Shown here piece after piece: positions 1 to 14,200 of a stretch of DNA of 64,000 nt. A program made the translations under genes and the position numbers. Within the stretch, counting starts at the first letter, position 1. The number at the start of each line of letters is the position of its first letter. Source of the DNA: Azolla caroliniana (Eukaryota; Plantae; Polypodiophyta); NCBI GenBank assembly GCA_043228905.1, contig JBHGNT010000015.1:15500001-15564000 (forward strand), written 5' to 3'. The notes below the pieces were generated by a model that saw only the letters and a program-made list of their open reading frames with translations, was not told the origin of the DNA and did no database searches.

Positions 1-520
1 AAGGGTGGTAACTAATTAGCTGCAATAGTAAAATAGTGGTAGCTAATTAGCTACTTGGTGAAGTGTAGAAGCTAATGAGCTACCACCAATCTACACTGTA
101 GTAGCTAATCAACTAAGCAATATAAAGTGTGGTAGCTAATTAGCTAAGCAGTATAAAGGGTGGTAACTAATTAGCTGCGTAGTAAAATAGTGGTAGCTAA
201 TTAGCTACTTGGTGAAGTGTAGAAGCTAATGAGCTACTACCAATCTACACTGTGGTAGCTAATTAGCTAAGGTTGCAGGACAACAATAGTTAATTAGCTA
301 AGCACACTAATGTGTGGTAGCTAATTAGCTACAATAGTAAACTTTCAAGTTGCTAATTAGCCACTTCCAAGCTAATTAGCTATATCCAAACTATAGTGTG
401 GTAGCTAATCAACTACAATAAGCAACAATAGTACACCTACATAGTGTGGTAGCTTCATAGAAATAGCTAAACACCCATAGAGAAGTATGGAATAGCTAAA
501 GAGAAGCTGCTAATTAGATG
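1..520. repeat. Degenerate minisatellite built on the palindrome TAGCTAATTAGCTA (~30-bp subunits, ~155-bp higher-order duplication)
   Basis: Variants of (GTGG)TAGCTAATTAGCTA recur about every 30 bp; 1-~115 is repeated from position 156. Confidence 0.85.
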
Positions 521-1141
521 ACACATGTTGTTGTAGAACCTCATGGATTAACTCACACACATGAGGTGTCTGGTCGAGATGATGTTGCAACCGATGAGGA
601 GATATTTGGCAATGTGGCTGAGAGTAAGAGTCGTGCTATCACATCTCCTTCAGATAAGCTTTACCCTATTCTTCTGGAAGATTGTACTGAATTAGGCAAC
701 GTTCTGAAAAGTAATGAAATACTCAACCTAGCATGTAAATCTAAGGTTCATAACAATACTGTTTATGAACACTTGATGCAACATTTCTTCGACTCCTAGA
801 ACCTTGATTCAACCCCACCGAGCCCAATTGTTGATGATGTCCCACTAGATGTCACTCTTCTTGAACAACTAACGCAAGACGTGAACTATGCATAAGAACC
901 TGTTGACGCTCTAGATAGGTTGTCGGAGGAGGACACCCTTGCAGAATGGGTGAAAGAAGCAAGGCTAAATGGGTAACCTTCAAGAAAAAGGTTGAAGAAG
1001 GGGCCTTGATCGGGGACAAGACCAGTTACTCGGTGAAGGGACTCTTGACTCTATGTTTAGTGGGATCAACTAATTAACTATTTTCCTAGAGAAAATTGTC
1101 AAGGTTTTTATGATCTATTTGGACAAGTAAAACCATTATTG

Positions 1142-1681
1142 CACAACTGGTTACACGTTCGTATTCGGGTGCAGAAAACAAGAGGGCTAGTACATAGACA
1201 GAAAAACATGAAGACAAAGAAAACAAGTACAGAGAGACACCAGATGTTTAACATGAAAACCCAAACTGGGAAAACCACATGGAGTCCAAAAACTCTAAAT
1301 AGATCACTATGGTAGGGAAGAAGTACAATGAGGAACTCGGAGGCAACGACCTCGAGTTCTCCTTCGTCTAACAGACAACTACAGAGTTGCACTCTCACAC
1401 TCTCACTCTTCCTCTCACAGTCACAGAGGCAACTACCTCTACACTCTGTCTATAATAACTAATGATCAACACACATATATCTATAAAGTTTGCCCTAGTT
1501 GTTTTTATACCAAAACAACTTTTAGGTTATTTACAAATATGGCCCACAAGGGGCATTTTAGGCTATTTACAATTATAGTCTTCCGAATTGATTTCGGTTC
1601 TCGGTTACTCACCGACTTGGTTCTCAGTTACTCACCGACTCGGTTCTTCTCTTCCCATTCGGAGGGACTTGTTTCTCAAAA
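1142..1681 (-). repeat. 3' LTR of Copia A (outer 18 bp deleted)
   Basis: Aligns to 29078-29597; the PPT and pol stop lie next to it. Confidence 0.9.
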
Positions 1682-2352
1682 AAATCCCCCTTCACTTCGG
1701 TATGGGTCACTTCACCAAAACGACTCTCTGTCGACACGCGTTTAGCTTTTCGACTGACAACACCTTCGTCAACATATCCTATCCATTTTCGACTGTGTGG
1801 ATCTTCACTAGAACAAACTCCTTTTCTTCTACTCGTTCTCAGAGCCAATGATATTGTTGAGATACAGGCTCAACATTAGCCAGATCGGTGCGTAAACCGG
1901 GTGTGTAAACTGGTGCGCAACGAGAAGCCGTAGCAGTGCGTAAACCGCAAGGCCGTTGGAAAGATATTCCGTGTAGGAATATATTTTGGGAGTTAGTGTA
2001 GAGCTCAGTTATGAGCATTGAAGTACGTGTCAGTACTTCTGTCCGTCCGTATGGACTTATATAAAAGTGCTCACTGAGCACATTCTATGTACAGACTGAG
2101 TATTGTTTTTTAATAGAGTTGTGTGTATTGTCTCCCTCTCTTTCTCTCTCTCTCTCTCTCTCTCTATGTCTCTCCCGTGTACTGTGTGTGTCCAAGCTCT
2201 CCATTAAACTTGTGTTTTCCTACGTTCTGCTTTCTATTGCTTCCGCACGTTGTTCTTTTCACATGGTATCAGAGCGTGAGGGTTGAGAACCTCTGCACCC
2301 AACCTGAGCTCGAGAAGAAAACCTAACCTTTATAAAGAATAGGGAAAACAAA

Positions 2353-5300
2353 ATGGATAGAGGCATGGCTAGCTCGCTTTTGACCGAGAAGCTTGGCAGA
2401 AACAACTATGTGTCTTGGTCGTACAAGATGCACCAGTACCTGCTCGGGCATGGATATTGGAGCTATGTTGATGGAGCAAATGACACAACACCCGATTCGA
2501 CACACAAAGTCTTCTCGTCTTGGGAACAGTCGGCGAGCATAGTTCTCTACTACTTCACGTCTTGTGTGGGCGAACAACTTTTGAGCTATATTCGGGATGC
2601 GACAACGTCGAAGGATGCTTGGGGAAATCTGAAAAAGATTTTTGCCGCAAGCACCACAGCCAAGGAGAGCAAGTGCTGGAAGAAGCGCGCCAATTCGGAG
2701 AAAACCGGATCCGAATCCGGACAAACCGACAAAGGAAATTGACAGCGATCGCACTACGCCGAAGGATCTGAAAAAGTCGGAAAGGGGGCAGCCTACGTGA
2801 CGAACACGAGGCAAACTCGATGAAGAAGATCACCCCGAAATCGGATGAGGCGTGTTACATTGACTTCAGCATGTCAAACCACATGACGAGCCATAAGGAG
2901 TGGTTCTCATACCTTGAGAAATCGATGCAACTGGGAGTAGTTGCAACAGGAGACGACACTCCGCATCCGATCGAGAATGTCGGTGAAGTTCCCCTAAACC
3001 ATGTCGGGCAAAAAGGGAAACTCATGAATGTGTTACATGTCCCGACAATCACGAAGAATTTGGTGTTGGTCAGGCAGATCGTCGACCAGGGGATGCAAAT
3101 CCGGTTCACGCATCTCAGGTCCTTCATCGAGGAGGAAGGCCAAGTTATTGCGCAAGGGCGCAGAAACGGGAGGATGTTTATCCTCGACACCAATGACGTT
3201 AGCACCGCAATGTTCGCAAAAGGATAAAAAGTCGTGTCGGATATCGACTTGTGGCACAAGCAGATAGGCCACGTATCAAAGGCTTCAGGACTTGCAATCG
3301 AAACAAGTTGTGTTCTGATTGCCCAAATTCAGTGGCCGGAAGACCCAAATTTGTGAAGCGTGCAAACTAGGGAAGCAACACAGACTTCCTTTCCCCAACG
3401 AGCATAACCAGAGCCGGAACAAGCTCGACTTGCTACATTCGGTGTATGGGGGCCGGCACAAAATGTTAGTCTTGGCGGGAGTCGATATTTTGTCTCCTTC
3501 ATCGACGACTACGCGACACACGTGGATCTATCTCATTGAAAAGAAGAGTGAAGTTTTCAACTGTTTCTGGGACCTCAAAAGCGTCGTAGAAAGGGAAATA
3601 GGGAGAAAGATCAAGTGCCTGCGGTCGGATGGTGGAAAAGAGTACTTTTCCGTCCAATTCAACAGTTATCTACAACAAATGGGAATTCGACGCAAATTCA
3701 ATTACAAGTATACGCCGGAGAAAAACGACGTAGCCGAAAGGAAAAAACGGTCGGTTGTGGAAGCGGCGCGGGCAATGCTGGAAGAAAAGAGGTTGCCCAA
3801 GTTCTATTGGGCCGAAGCGGTACGAACCGCAGTCTACATCCAGAATCAGATCGGAGACAAAGTGTCGGCGCATGAACTGTATTTCGGAAGAAAGCTGAAT
3901 CTACGACACTGCCGAAGGAGAACTGGGTATGTGCATGTGCCGAAGGAGAAACGGAGGAAGTTGGACGCGAAAGCCGAGAAGTGTAACTTGGTCGGCTATT
4001 CTGACGAACAGAAGGGTTATAAGTGTTATGATCCCCGAACCAAACAAGCTCATGTGAGCTGTGATGTTGTGTTTGACGAGTCCGTGTCCTAGTACTTGCC
4101 TCCGACTGCGGACCTCAATTCCAACTCCAGATCTCCGGACCCGAGTTCTGACAATGAGGTCAGCGATATTGAAATGCCTCCGGATGACCGTGAAATCAAG
4201 AACCTCGATGAGAGTTCGATTTCATTTTGGCTAAGTGGACCGAACGAGCGACTGGGTTGGTTTGACCAGTCCGAAGAAGAGCCGACGAGTAGTGGAGATT
4301 CGACTGTGCATTCCCCGCGCAGGAAGCCGAGGAGACGGTTTATACGGAAGGAAAAAGGGAAGAAGAAGATGCCGGAGTACGGCACGGATAAGGGCGAGTC
4401 GGATCGACGCGAATTTGACTCCGAGAAGAGCGATGTCGGGCATTCGAGAGCGAAGTCCGTGTCCGCCAAGAAAGCCTCAACATCGGCTAATGAGGAATTA
4501 CGCAGATCTACCCGCCAGAAGAACCCTGTTGTGCGGTTCAGATACAACGAGTACATGGCGCATCACTATGTGTACATGACGCGTGTAGCAGAAGTGCACG
4601 AGCTGGAGAGCTACGCAGAAGCGGCGAAGGACACAAATTGGCGTGCCGCAATGGAGGAAGAGATGCGCGCATTGGCAGAGAATGAAGCCTGGGACCTGGT
4701 TGACGCACTTAAGGGTGAAGCCAATCAAATGTAGGTGGGTGTACAAGGTCAAGTACAACACCGACGGCTCGGTCAATCAATACAAGGCCCGGTTAGTAGA
4801 GAAAGGCTACGCGCAACAACATGGCATCGACTACGATGAGACGTTTGTGCCGGTCGCAAAGATGACGACCGTCCGTGTTTTGCTTGCGGTAGCTGCGGCG
4901 AAGGGGTGACATTTACATCAAATGGATGTCAAGAATGCATTCCTGCAAGGCGAGCTTGAGGAACAGGTGTACATGGTACAACCCCCCGGATTTCACTCCG
5001 GAATGAACACTTCGGCGGTCTGCCAGTTGAAGAAGTCCCTTTACGAACTAAAGCAAGCCCCGCGTGCTTGGAACGCGAAAATCACGCAACGATTGCGTCG
5101 AATGGGATTTGCAACGTCCAAATCGGACTCTTCACTGTTCATTCGGAAAGGTCGACTTGGGCCGGTTAGTATTTTACTTTATGTTGATGACTTGGTCATC
5201 ATCGACGCCAACCTAGGTGAAATCGACCGTGTAAAGCTCCAGCTCACGGCATCATTTGACATGAAGAACCTAGGGGACCTTCGTTACTTCCTCGAGATCG

Positions 5301-6946
5301 AAGTGATCCGTACCCCCGAAGGCGTATTGATCAACCAACGTCATTATGCGCTGAATATGCTCTTCAAGTTCGGGATGGCAGACTGTAAGCCCATCTCGAC
5401 GCCTTTGGATAGAAACGTGAAACTTCGCCTAGATTCGGGAAAAGCGTGCGACCCGACACGGTTCCGACAGATTGTCGGAAGCCTCATCTATTTGACTATT
5501 ACTCGGCCGGACCTCAGTTACCCGGTCGGACTGATCAGTCAATTCATGTCGCGGCCTACGGCCGAACACTTTCAGTGTGTGCAAAGGATATTGCGATATG
5601 TCAGTGGCACGAAAGACTTGGCGTTGCTATTGAAAGGAATACCGTTCCCTAAGCTATGCTCGGCCACAACCGAGACGTCGGATCAAGCACAGAAAACAAG
5701 GATGTGGTGAGATGTATTTACGCTCGAAACCGTAAAGAAGAGAGTGCACTTGATGTTAACGTGGAAAACCCAAATATGGGAAAAACCACGGCAGCCCTCA
5801 GACTGCAAAATATCACTATATCAAGATTACAACAATGGGGCATAGAAGCAACGACCTCTTGCTTCCTCGCTTCGCCACCAGGCAGTTACAACAGAGGCGG
5901 TGACCTCTTTCTCTTTCTCTCTCTCTCTTCTCTGTACACAGTTACACTCTGAATTATCGCCACAACGATAATAATACAACCAACTCTACATCATAACTAT
6001 TAAGTTTGCCCTAGGTCATATTTATACTAATATGACTTTTGGGCTATCTACAAATATAGCCCCAGTGGGCTCTCTGAACATATTTACATATGTGTCCCTT
6101 CCATCCGATGAGAGGTTCTCACTCGGCTTGCAACATCCGGTTCTCACCGGGTCTTCTGTTGCCGGGTACTCGACCTCGACCGAGTTACTCATCAACAGTG
6201 TTCTTCTCACTTCCCATCCGGAGGGACTTGTTTCCTAACAGCTATATCGAGAAGGTGTAGTCAAACAGTTAGTCGGCTACACGGATGCCGATTGTGCTGG
6301 AAACGCCCACGATCGTAGATCCACATCTGGATACGCATTCTCTCTAGGAAGTGCGTCGATTGCATGGAGCAGTAAGAAGCAGCCGACAGTAGCACTGTCG
6401 AGCATGGAGGCCGAGTATCGAGGGGCAACTGTCGCTACGTGCGAAGTCATTTGGCTAAAACGGCTATTACGAGATCTGCATGTAGAGGTGTCTGATTCGA
6501 CGATGATCCTTTGTGACAACCTCAACAATATCCACCTTGCGAAAAACCCCATGTTCCACACCTGGACCAAGCACATTGAGGTGCATTACCATTTTGTTTG
6601 CGAGCGGGTCCTTGGTCTGGTGCATGTTCTGACTAATTGGTAAATTGCCGACATTTTCACCAAGCCCCTTGGTCTCGACAAGTTGTGGCAATTCTCAGGT
6701 GCGTTTGGGTTGCGACACCTCGATGTGGCGAACTTGAGGGGGAGAAAGGAAGTCGAACAGGAACAAGAGCATGAAAGGAGGGGTGATCTAGAAGAACCAA
6801 AAGAGCCTCAAGCCGACCGAAAGGGTTGAGGCGCGCGAAATTGAACAAGACGAGGAGTGCGAGAGAGGCGTGAAGCCAGAAGAAACCGGAGCGGTGATCC
6901 GGAAGAACCAGAAGAGCCTCAAGTTGAGCTTGAGGGGGAGTGTCGA
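2353..6946 (+). pseudogene. gag-pol of Copia B, disrupted (internal gag deletion, stops, frameshifts, solo-LTR insertion)
   Basis: Gag start MDRGMASS; integrase CEAC..GKQHR and LRSDGGKEY; RT MDVKNAFL and LYVDD; RNase H YTDAD/TKHIEV. Confidence 0.93.
5631..6240 (-). mobile_element. Solo LTR of the A/D (Tork-like) Copia group
   Basis: TG..CA ends; TSD GCTAT at 5626-5630 and 6241-6245; shares gtggaaaaccc..gggaaaaaccac and catccggagggac motifs with the A and D LTRs. Confidence 0.93.
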
Positions 6947-7235
6947 GATACAAGCTCAACATTAGCCGGACCGGTGCATAAACCGGGTGCGTAAACCGAT
7001 GCGCAACGAGAAGCCGTAGCGGTGCATAAACAGCGAGGCCGTTGGAAAGATATTCCGCGTAGGAATATATTTTGGGAGTTAGTGTAGAGCTCAATTATGA
7101 GCATTGAAGTACGTGTCAGTACTTCTGTCAGTCCGTATGGACTTGTATAAAAGTGCTCACTGAGCACACTCTATGTACAAACTGAGTATTATTTTTTAAT
7201 AGAGTTGTGTGTATTGTCTCCCTCTCTTTCTTTCT

Positions 7236-7266
<31 letters not shown>

Positions 7267-7360
7267 CCACGTACTGTGTGTGTCCAAGCTCTCCGTTAAA
7301 CCTGTATTTTCCTACGTTCTGCTTTCTATTGCTTCCGCACGTTGTTCTTTTCACAGATAT

Positions 7361-10300
7361 CTTCTCTAGATGTGTTTGGTCCTCGAGTGGTAGGTGACAT
7401 TTTTCGCAAGGTGGATGACATTCTGGTTATCGCAATGGAATTGGAATTGCTCTTGTCAAATTTCCAGCTCATCGATAAACTCCTTCATCCATATGATTTC
7501 CTTTCCGGCTTCCACTACACCCATATATTCTGCTTCCGTGGTTGACAGCGCCACGACCTTCTGCAACCTTGATTGCAATGAAACAACTCCCCCTGCATAA
7601 GTCATTACGTACCCATACATGGATTGGCTGGTATCCACATTAGTCGACATGTTTGAGTCAGTATAACTTTCCAATGTGGGTTTACCCAAACCGAACCGAA
7701 GACACATGAGGTGCCTTTTAGGTACCGAAGTATCCACTTCACGGCAACCCAATGCTCTCTTCCGGGGTTGCTCATATATCAGCTAACCACGCCGACTGCG
7801 TATCCTATGTCCGACCTGGTACATACCATCGCATACATCAGGCTTCCAACTATCGAGGCATAAGCGACTTTTGACATCTCGGCCTTCTCAGTTTTCGATT
7901 TCAGACATTGTTCTTTGTTTAGCTTGTAGTTCGTCGATAGTGTCGAGCCGACCAGTTTCGCGCTTTCCATGCTGAATCTCCAGAGCACCTTTGTCACGTA
8001 TTTTTCTTGTGACAACCAGAACAATTTATTTGTTTGATTCCGAACAATGTGCATCCCCAAGATTTGCTTTGCCAGGCCCATATCCTTCATGGCCTTCTTC
8101 AACATTCGGATCTTCATATGGTCCCGTCCGACCATCAACATGTTGTCCACGTACAGCAGGAGGAAGAGAAAATCACCTCCCTCAAACTTCTTCACAAATA
8201 CACAGTGATCGGCCTATGTTTTGTGGTACCCATTGTCGGTCATGAAGGATTCGAATTTTCGGTACCATTGTTGAGGTGCCTGCTTCAACCCGTACAGGAT
8301 TTTTCTCAAAAGGCATACCAGGTTTTCCTTACCTTTATTCAAGAATCCTTCTGGCTGGTGCATGTATATCTCTTCCTCCAAATCTCCATGGAGGAAGGCA
8401 GTCTTGACGTCCAATTGTTCGACTTCGAGATCCATGTTGGCTACGATGCTCAACACTGTTTGGATTGAAGCCATCTTCACGACTGGGGAAAATATTTCGT
8501 CGAAATCGACACCCTTCTTTTGCTGAAAGCCTTTCACGACGATTCGTGCTTTGTACCTAGGTGAATTCCAGTCATCTCCCAATTTCAACTTATATACCCA
8601 TTTATTCTGAAGTGCCTTCTTTCCTCTCTGCAGTTCGGTCAGTTCATATGTGTGGTTCTCATGCAAGGAATTCATCTCCTCTTGCATGGCAGTCAACCAC
8701 TTTTGGCTGTGTGTATCTTCCATAGCTTCTTCAAAGCTTTCTGGCTCCCCCTCATCGGTTAGCAGTACACGCTCTTCATTCAGAAATCTTCTAGGAGCCC
8801 TCCTTTCTCTTAGGGGGTATCTTCGGCCTCCATTCGGCACAGTCGGTTCCTCTTCGACTTCTTCGTCCGAGTCGAATTCGGTTCCTTGTTCGGCCGTTTC
8901 CCCTCATTCTTCAGTTGATTCTCGATTTTTCCAAGTATTAGATCAGCCGACTGGCTTAGATTTGATTTCGATCGAATTGGCTTCTACTCGATTCGGTCGA
9001 GCGTCGACTCGGTAGTTGGAGACTTATTCTCAATCTCCCAATCGACTATTGTCTTTTACTCCATGAAGACAATGTTGTGGCTCCTAATCACTTTCTTCTC
9101 GGCTAAGTCCCATAGCCAATAGCCAAATTCATCATTCCTGTAACTGAGAAATATGCATGGTCGAGATTTCGGGTCCAACTTCCCCCTATGGTCCTTTGCC
9201 ACATGCACATAGGCAAGACAACCAAACACCCTCAGATGTTGGTATGAGACATCTTTGCCGCTCCACATCCTTTGTGGAATATCACCGTCCAAGGGTACTG
9301 AGGGTGATCGATTTATCAGTTACGCTGTTGTCATCAACGCCTCAGCCCAAAACGTCTTTGGTAACTTCGCATGTGCAAGCATACTTTGAACCCTTTCCAT
9401 TATGGTCCGGTTCATTCACTCGGCCAACCCATTAAGATTTGGCGTCTTCGGTATGGTATACCTGAGCCAGATTCCTTGATTTCGGTAGTATTCCTCGAAC
9501 GGTCCACGATACTCTCCGCCATTGTCTGCTCAGACTGTCTTCAATTTTCGTCTGGTTTCTCTCTTGGCCCTCGCTTGGAACTCTTTGAAGATAGATGACA
9601 CTTGATCCTTCATCTTCAGCACGGAAACCCACAACTTTTGGCTACAATCATCAATGAAGGTCACGAAATACTGTGAACCACCATGCGACTTTGTATCCAA
9701 ATAGTATACGTCCATATGCACGAGTTCCAACGGCATTTTCTTCCTCATCAGGGGCCTTGCTCGAAAGGATGTTCGATTCTACTTGCCGGCCAAGCAATCC
9801 ATGCACTTCTCAAGCTGCACATTCTTCACCTCCGGAATGAGGTTGACATCGGCAAGCTTTTGCATCCTCTTCTGGCTCATATGGCACAACCTCCTATGCT
9901 ATAGTTCACCGACCGTGTCGGCTACCACATTTGCTTCCCCTCGGCATATTTGAGAATTCATTATGTACAATGTGTTGTTTTTCCGGACTCGAGCCACGAT
10001 TAGAATTCCCTTCCAGAACTTCATGACATTGTTCCAGATGCTACTCGTGTAGCCTTCATCATCAAGCCGATCGGCTGATATCAAGTTCAGTCGAACTTCC
10101 GAAATGTGCCGAACATCTCTCAACACAAGTCTGCACCCGGTTGAGGTCACCAAACACACATCTCCAATGCTGACAATTCGGCATGCTCCTTCATTTCCCA
10201 TCTTTACAAATCCGAGATCTCTGGCTCTGTAGGATGAGAAGCACTGTTGGTCAGGGGTTGGGTGAAACAACGCACCCGAATCGCCCACCCATGTCGATTC

Positions 10301-10801
10301 TTCGCCTGCGAGATTCACTTCGTTTTGCTCACTAATGAGCCACAACTCCTCCTCACTCGCGGTGATTGTGGAGGTGTTCTTCCTATCAGGGATTTTCTTT
10401 GGCTCTACACCATAACTCCCCCTTTCTCCTTTCAAAAGTGTCGACAGTTTTTTTGGAAGTGCCCCGGCTTCCCACAGTAGAAGCACGTGGGTCTCCCCCT
10501 CGACTTCAACCTAGTCCCCGACTTATCTCGGTTCTGGGGACTTGAATTTTGGCTTCTTCCCCGAATCGTGTCATCTACCGTGACTAAGGCCTTCTGGTCA
10601 GTATTGGACTCTCCGTCCTTCTGGCGAGCTTCTTCATTTAGCAAACTCGACTTCACCTGCTCTAGGGATAAGTGTTTCCCTTGCGGTGCCACGTTGCCTA
10701 ATGTGACAACAAGTGTTTCCCAACTATCCGGAAGGGATCCCAACAACAATAGTGCTAATACCTCATCAGCAAGAGGTAGTTCTAGAGAAGTGGTTTGGTT
10801 C
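7361..10801 (-). pseudogene. Gag C-terminus, protease, integrase, RT and RNase H of Copia A (last codons at 1692-1854; gag N-terminus at 28661-29043)
   Basis: CFYCGKPGHFQKNC zinc knuckle, WVGDSGALFH, LELVHMDV, LDVKTAFLHGDL, LYVDNML, ALSTTEAEY; several stops and frameshifts. Confidence 0.92.
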
Positions 10802-11239
10802 TGTGAAAGATTATGTGCGGAAGCGTAAGACAACAACTTGGTTGCGTAGCAACACAGAGAGAGAGAGAGAATAATACACAGAATACAGAGAGTACTCAGT
10901 AGAGACAGAGAGAGAAGAACGTTTGAATCTCTTACAAAACAATAATCGTTCTCTGTACATGAAACGTGCTCAACTGCACTATTTATACAAGTCCTGAGAG
11001 GACTGACAGAAGTACCGCGTACTTCAATGCTCACTTGAGCGTCTGGCACTGACTATAAGACTATTAACTACCTAGTAATCTAAGCTATTACTAGGCTTCC
11101 GGTTACTGCTGGATCCGGCTAACTGGCTCCCCAGCTCAACGGCTCACTTGCTCACCGGGTCACCGATCCAGCTCATCCTTCCGGATGCTGATCCTGCTCA
11201 GGCTTATTCAGCCGATCCGGATCCGGTTGAGCTTGCCGC

Positions 11240-14200
11240 TCAACACTCCCCCACTAGATCAACTTGAGGTTGGGTCGTAGTGTCAGTCTTCATGGTAGCC
11301 AATCCTTCCACCTGGCTCCTTTTGGCGTCACTCCGCCCTGCTCGTGCTCCTCGTCCGGTCCGGTCCCGTTTGCCATGACCCTTCCGTTCCTGCGCACCTC
11401 GACCTCCTCGTTCGGCTTGTCTGCTCAATAGGCCCAATTTAGCTCCCTCGCTGTTTTGACTTCGGCTCTTGCCGATTCGCCGATTCCTTCGTGTTGGCGT
11501 CGACTTTTGCTGCCTTCTCATCCTCTTGGCCTTGAATTGATCCAGTTCTTCCAAATCCTTCTGTAGAACCGAATCGGCTGTCTCCGATTCATTCCAGCTC
11601 TTGTCTAAATTGGTCGCTCCCAATTCGTCTTCTGGTTCCAAGACTTTCAGCACATCGGACCATGTCCAAGTCGCTGAAGCCAAATGGCTTCATAGGTGGC
11701 GACAATAGCGCCTCGATACTCAGCCTCAGTGCTCGACAGAGCCACTGTTGGCTGCTTTTTGCTGCTCCACGCAACAGCCACACTACCTAGGGAAAACATG
11801 TAACCGGAAGTGGATCGGCGATCTAATGCATCGTTGGCCCAATCGGCATCCGTGTAACTGACTAGCTCTTTGGTTATACCTCGCCGGTATAACAGTCCCC
11901 GGTCCTTCGTGCCACTCACATACCATAGTATTCGGTGCGTGCACTAAAGATGCTCTACGGTCGGCTTCTGCATGAATTGGCTAATCACACCGACCGGATA
12001 GCTGATGTCGGGTCGGGGGATGGTCAAATATATAAGGCTTCCGACAATTTTTCCGAACAGTTTCTCATTGTAGGCCGGTCCAGAGTTGGGACAGAGCTTC
12101 TGGTTCCGGTCTAGGGGTGTTGAGACTGGTCGGCATTCTTTCATGCCGAACTTGTACAACATATTTAACACATAGTGCCTTTGTGAGAGAAATATGTCGT
12201 CGGGGGTTCGGATCACCCCGATCCCAAGGAAATAGTGAAGGTCCCCCAGGTCCTTCATCTCAAATGCATCCGACAGTTGGAACTTGACTCGGCTGATTTC
12301 ATCGAGTCCGGGTCTGGTGATGACTAGATCATCAACATACAGCAAGATGCAAACCGGACCGGCCGAACCTTGCCGGATGAACAACGAAGAGTCGGACATG
12401 GAGGCCGCAAACCCCATCTTACGCAACCAATGCGTGATCTTCGCATTCCAAGCTTGGGGGGCTTGCTTCAGGCCATAAAGTGATTTCTTTAGTCGGCATA
12501 CCGCCGACTTATTCATCTCCGACTGAAAACCGAGGGGTTGGGTCAGAAAGACCTCTTCTTCAAGATCGCCTTGAAGAAATGCATTCTTCACATCCATTTC
12601 ATGAAGATGCCACCCCCTTGCCGCAACAACCGCTAGCACCACACAAACCGTCGTCATCTTCGCTACCGGAGCGAAGGTCTCATCGTAGTTGATTCCGTGG
12701 GTCTAAGCGTATCCCTTCGCCACTAACCGGGCCTTGTACTGGTTAACTTAACCGTCGGCATTGTACTTTACCTTGTACACCCACTTGCATCCGATCAGTT
12801 TACAATGACACGGAGGGTCAACCAGGTCCCATGCGTCGTTGGCATCAAGTGCCCACATCTCTTCGTCCATAGCGGCATGCCAATGTGCGTCCTTTGCCGC
12901 TTTTGTGTAGCTCTCCGGCTCACGCACTTCCGCCACCTTGGTCATGTACACATAGTGATGCGCTATGTACTCATTGTACCCTTACCGCGTCACGGGGTTC
13001 TTCTGGCGGGAAGACCGGCGTAACTTGGTATTACCCGGTTTGGGGCCCTTCTTGGCTAGGTCGGACTTCGTTCCCGAAGATCCGCCTTCATCTTTATCGG
13101 AGTCGGATTCACACCGATCCGACTCAGCGTTGTCGGTTTCGTATTCCGGCATTTTCTTCTTCCCTTTCTCTTTGCGTGTGAAACGTCTCCTCGGTTCGTT
13201 GTGCGGGGAGAGCACGACAGAGTCTTTACTACTCGTCGGTTCCTCATCCGATTGGTCATCTCGACTCAGCCGCTCATTCGGTCCACTTAACCGAAATGAG
13301 ATTGGACTCTCTTCTAGAGTGCCGACGTCTTCATCTTCTAACTAGACCGGTTCAGGCTCACTAGCCTCATCCTTTGGTATCGGGTCAGGGTCGGAAGTCG
13401 GAGCCGGTAAGGCATACCATGATGCCGTCTCATCAAACTCAACATCTCGGCTAACTCGGACCTGCTTCGTCGGGGGGTTATAACATTTATACCCCTTTTT
13501 CCCATGCGAGTAACCGACTAGGATGCATTTCTCCGACTTTGCATCCAACTTCCTCTGCTTCTCATCCGGCACATGCACATATGCTATGTTGCCGAATATC
13601 CGAAGGTGTTGCAAATTCGGCTTGCGCCCGAAATACAGCTCATGCGCGGACACCTTGTCAACGATCCGGTTTTGGATATAGACGGTCATCCGGACCGCCT
13701 CCGCCCAGTAGAATTTGGGCATGCTCTTCTCCTCCAGCATCACCCTTGCCGCATCGATAAGTGATCGGTTCTTCCTCTCGGCCACACCGTTTTGCTCCGG
13801 TTTGTATCTGCAGCTGAACTCTTGCCGAATTCCTGTTTGCTGTAGATAATTGTTGAATTGGAAGGAAAAATATTCTTTTCCGCCATCCGACCGCAAGCAC
13901 TTGATCGTCCTCTCCGTTTCCCGTTCAACCAGACATAGTAGGTTCCGGAAACACTCAAAGACTTCGCTCTTCCACTCAATGAGGTAGATCCATGTGTGCC
14001 GGCTATAGTCGTCAATGAAGGAGACGAACTATCGACTCCCGCCAAGGCTAACATTCTGTGCCGGTCCCTATACATCCGAATGAATAAGGTCGAGCTTGTT
14101 ACGGCTACGGTTTCATTCGGTGGGAAACAGAAGCCGATGTTGCTTCCCGAGTTGGCAGGCTTCACATATTTGGGCCTTCCGGCCACCGAACTTTAGCAAA

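Larger units (their letters stand above)
1855..7355 (+). mobile_element. Copia LTR retrotransposon B (Bryco-like family shared with C, F, K), inserted in the RNase H of A
   Basis: LTRs 1855-2263 and 6941-7355 (TG..CA); PBS tggtatcagagc 2264-2275; PPT gagggggag 6932-6940; TSD GATAT at 1850-1854 and 7356-7360. Confidence 0.96.

Noticed and set aside
1-520. CRISPR-like array of spaced palindromes
   Set aside because: Eukaryotic context, degenerate repeats, duplicated spacers and no cas genes.
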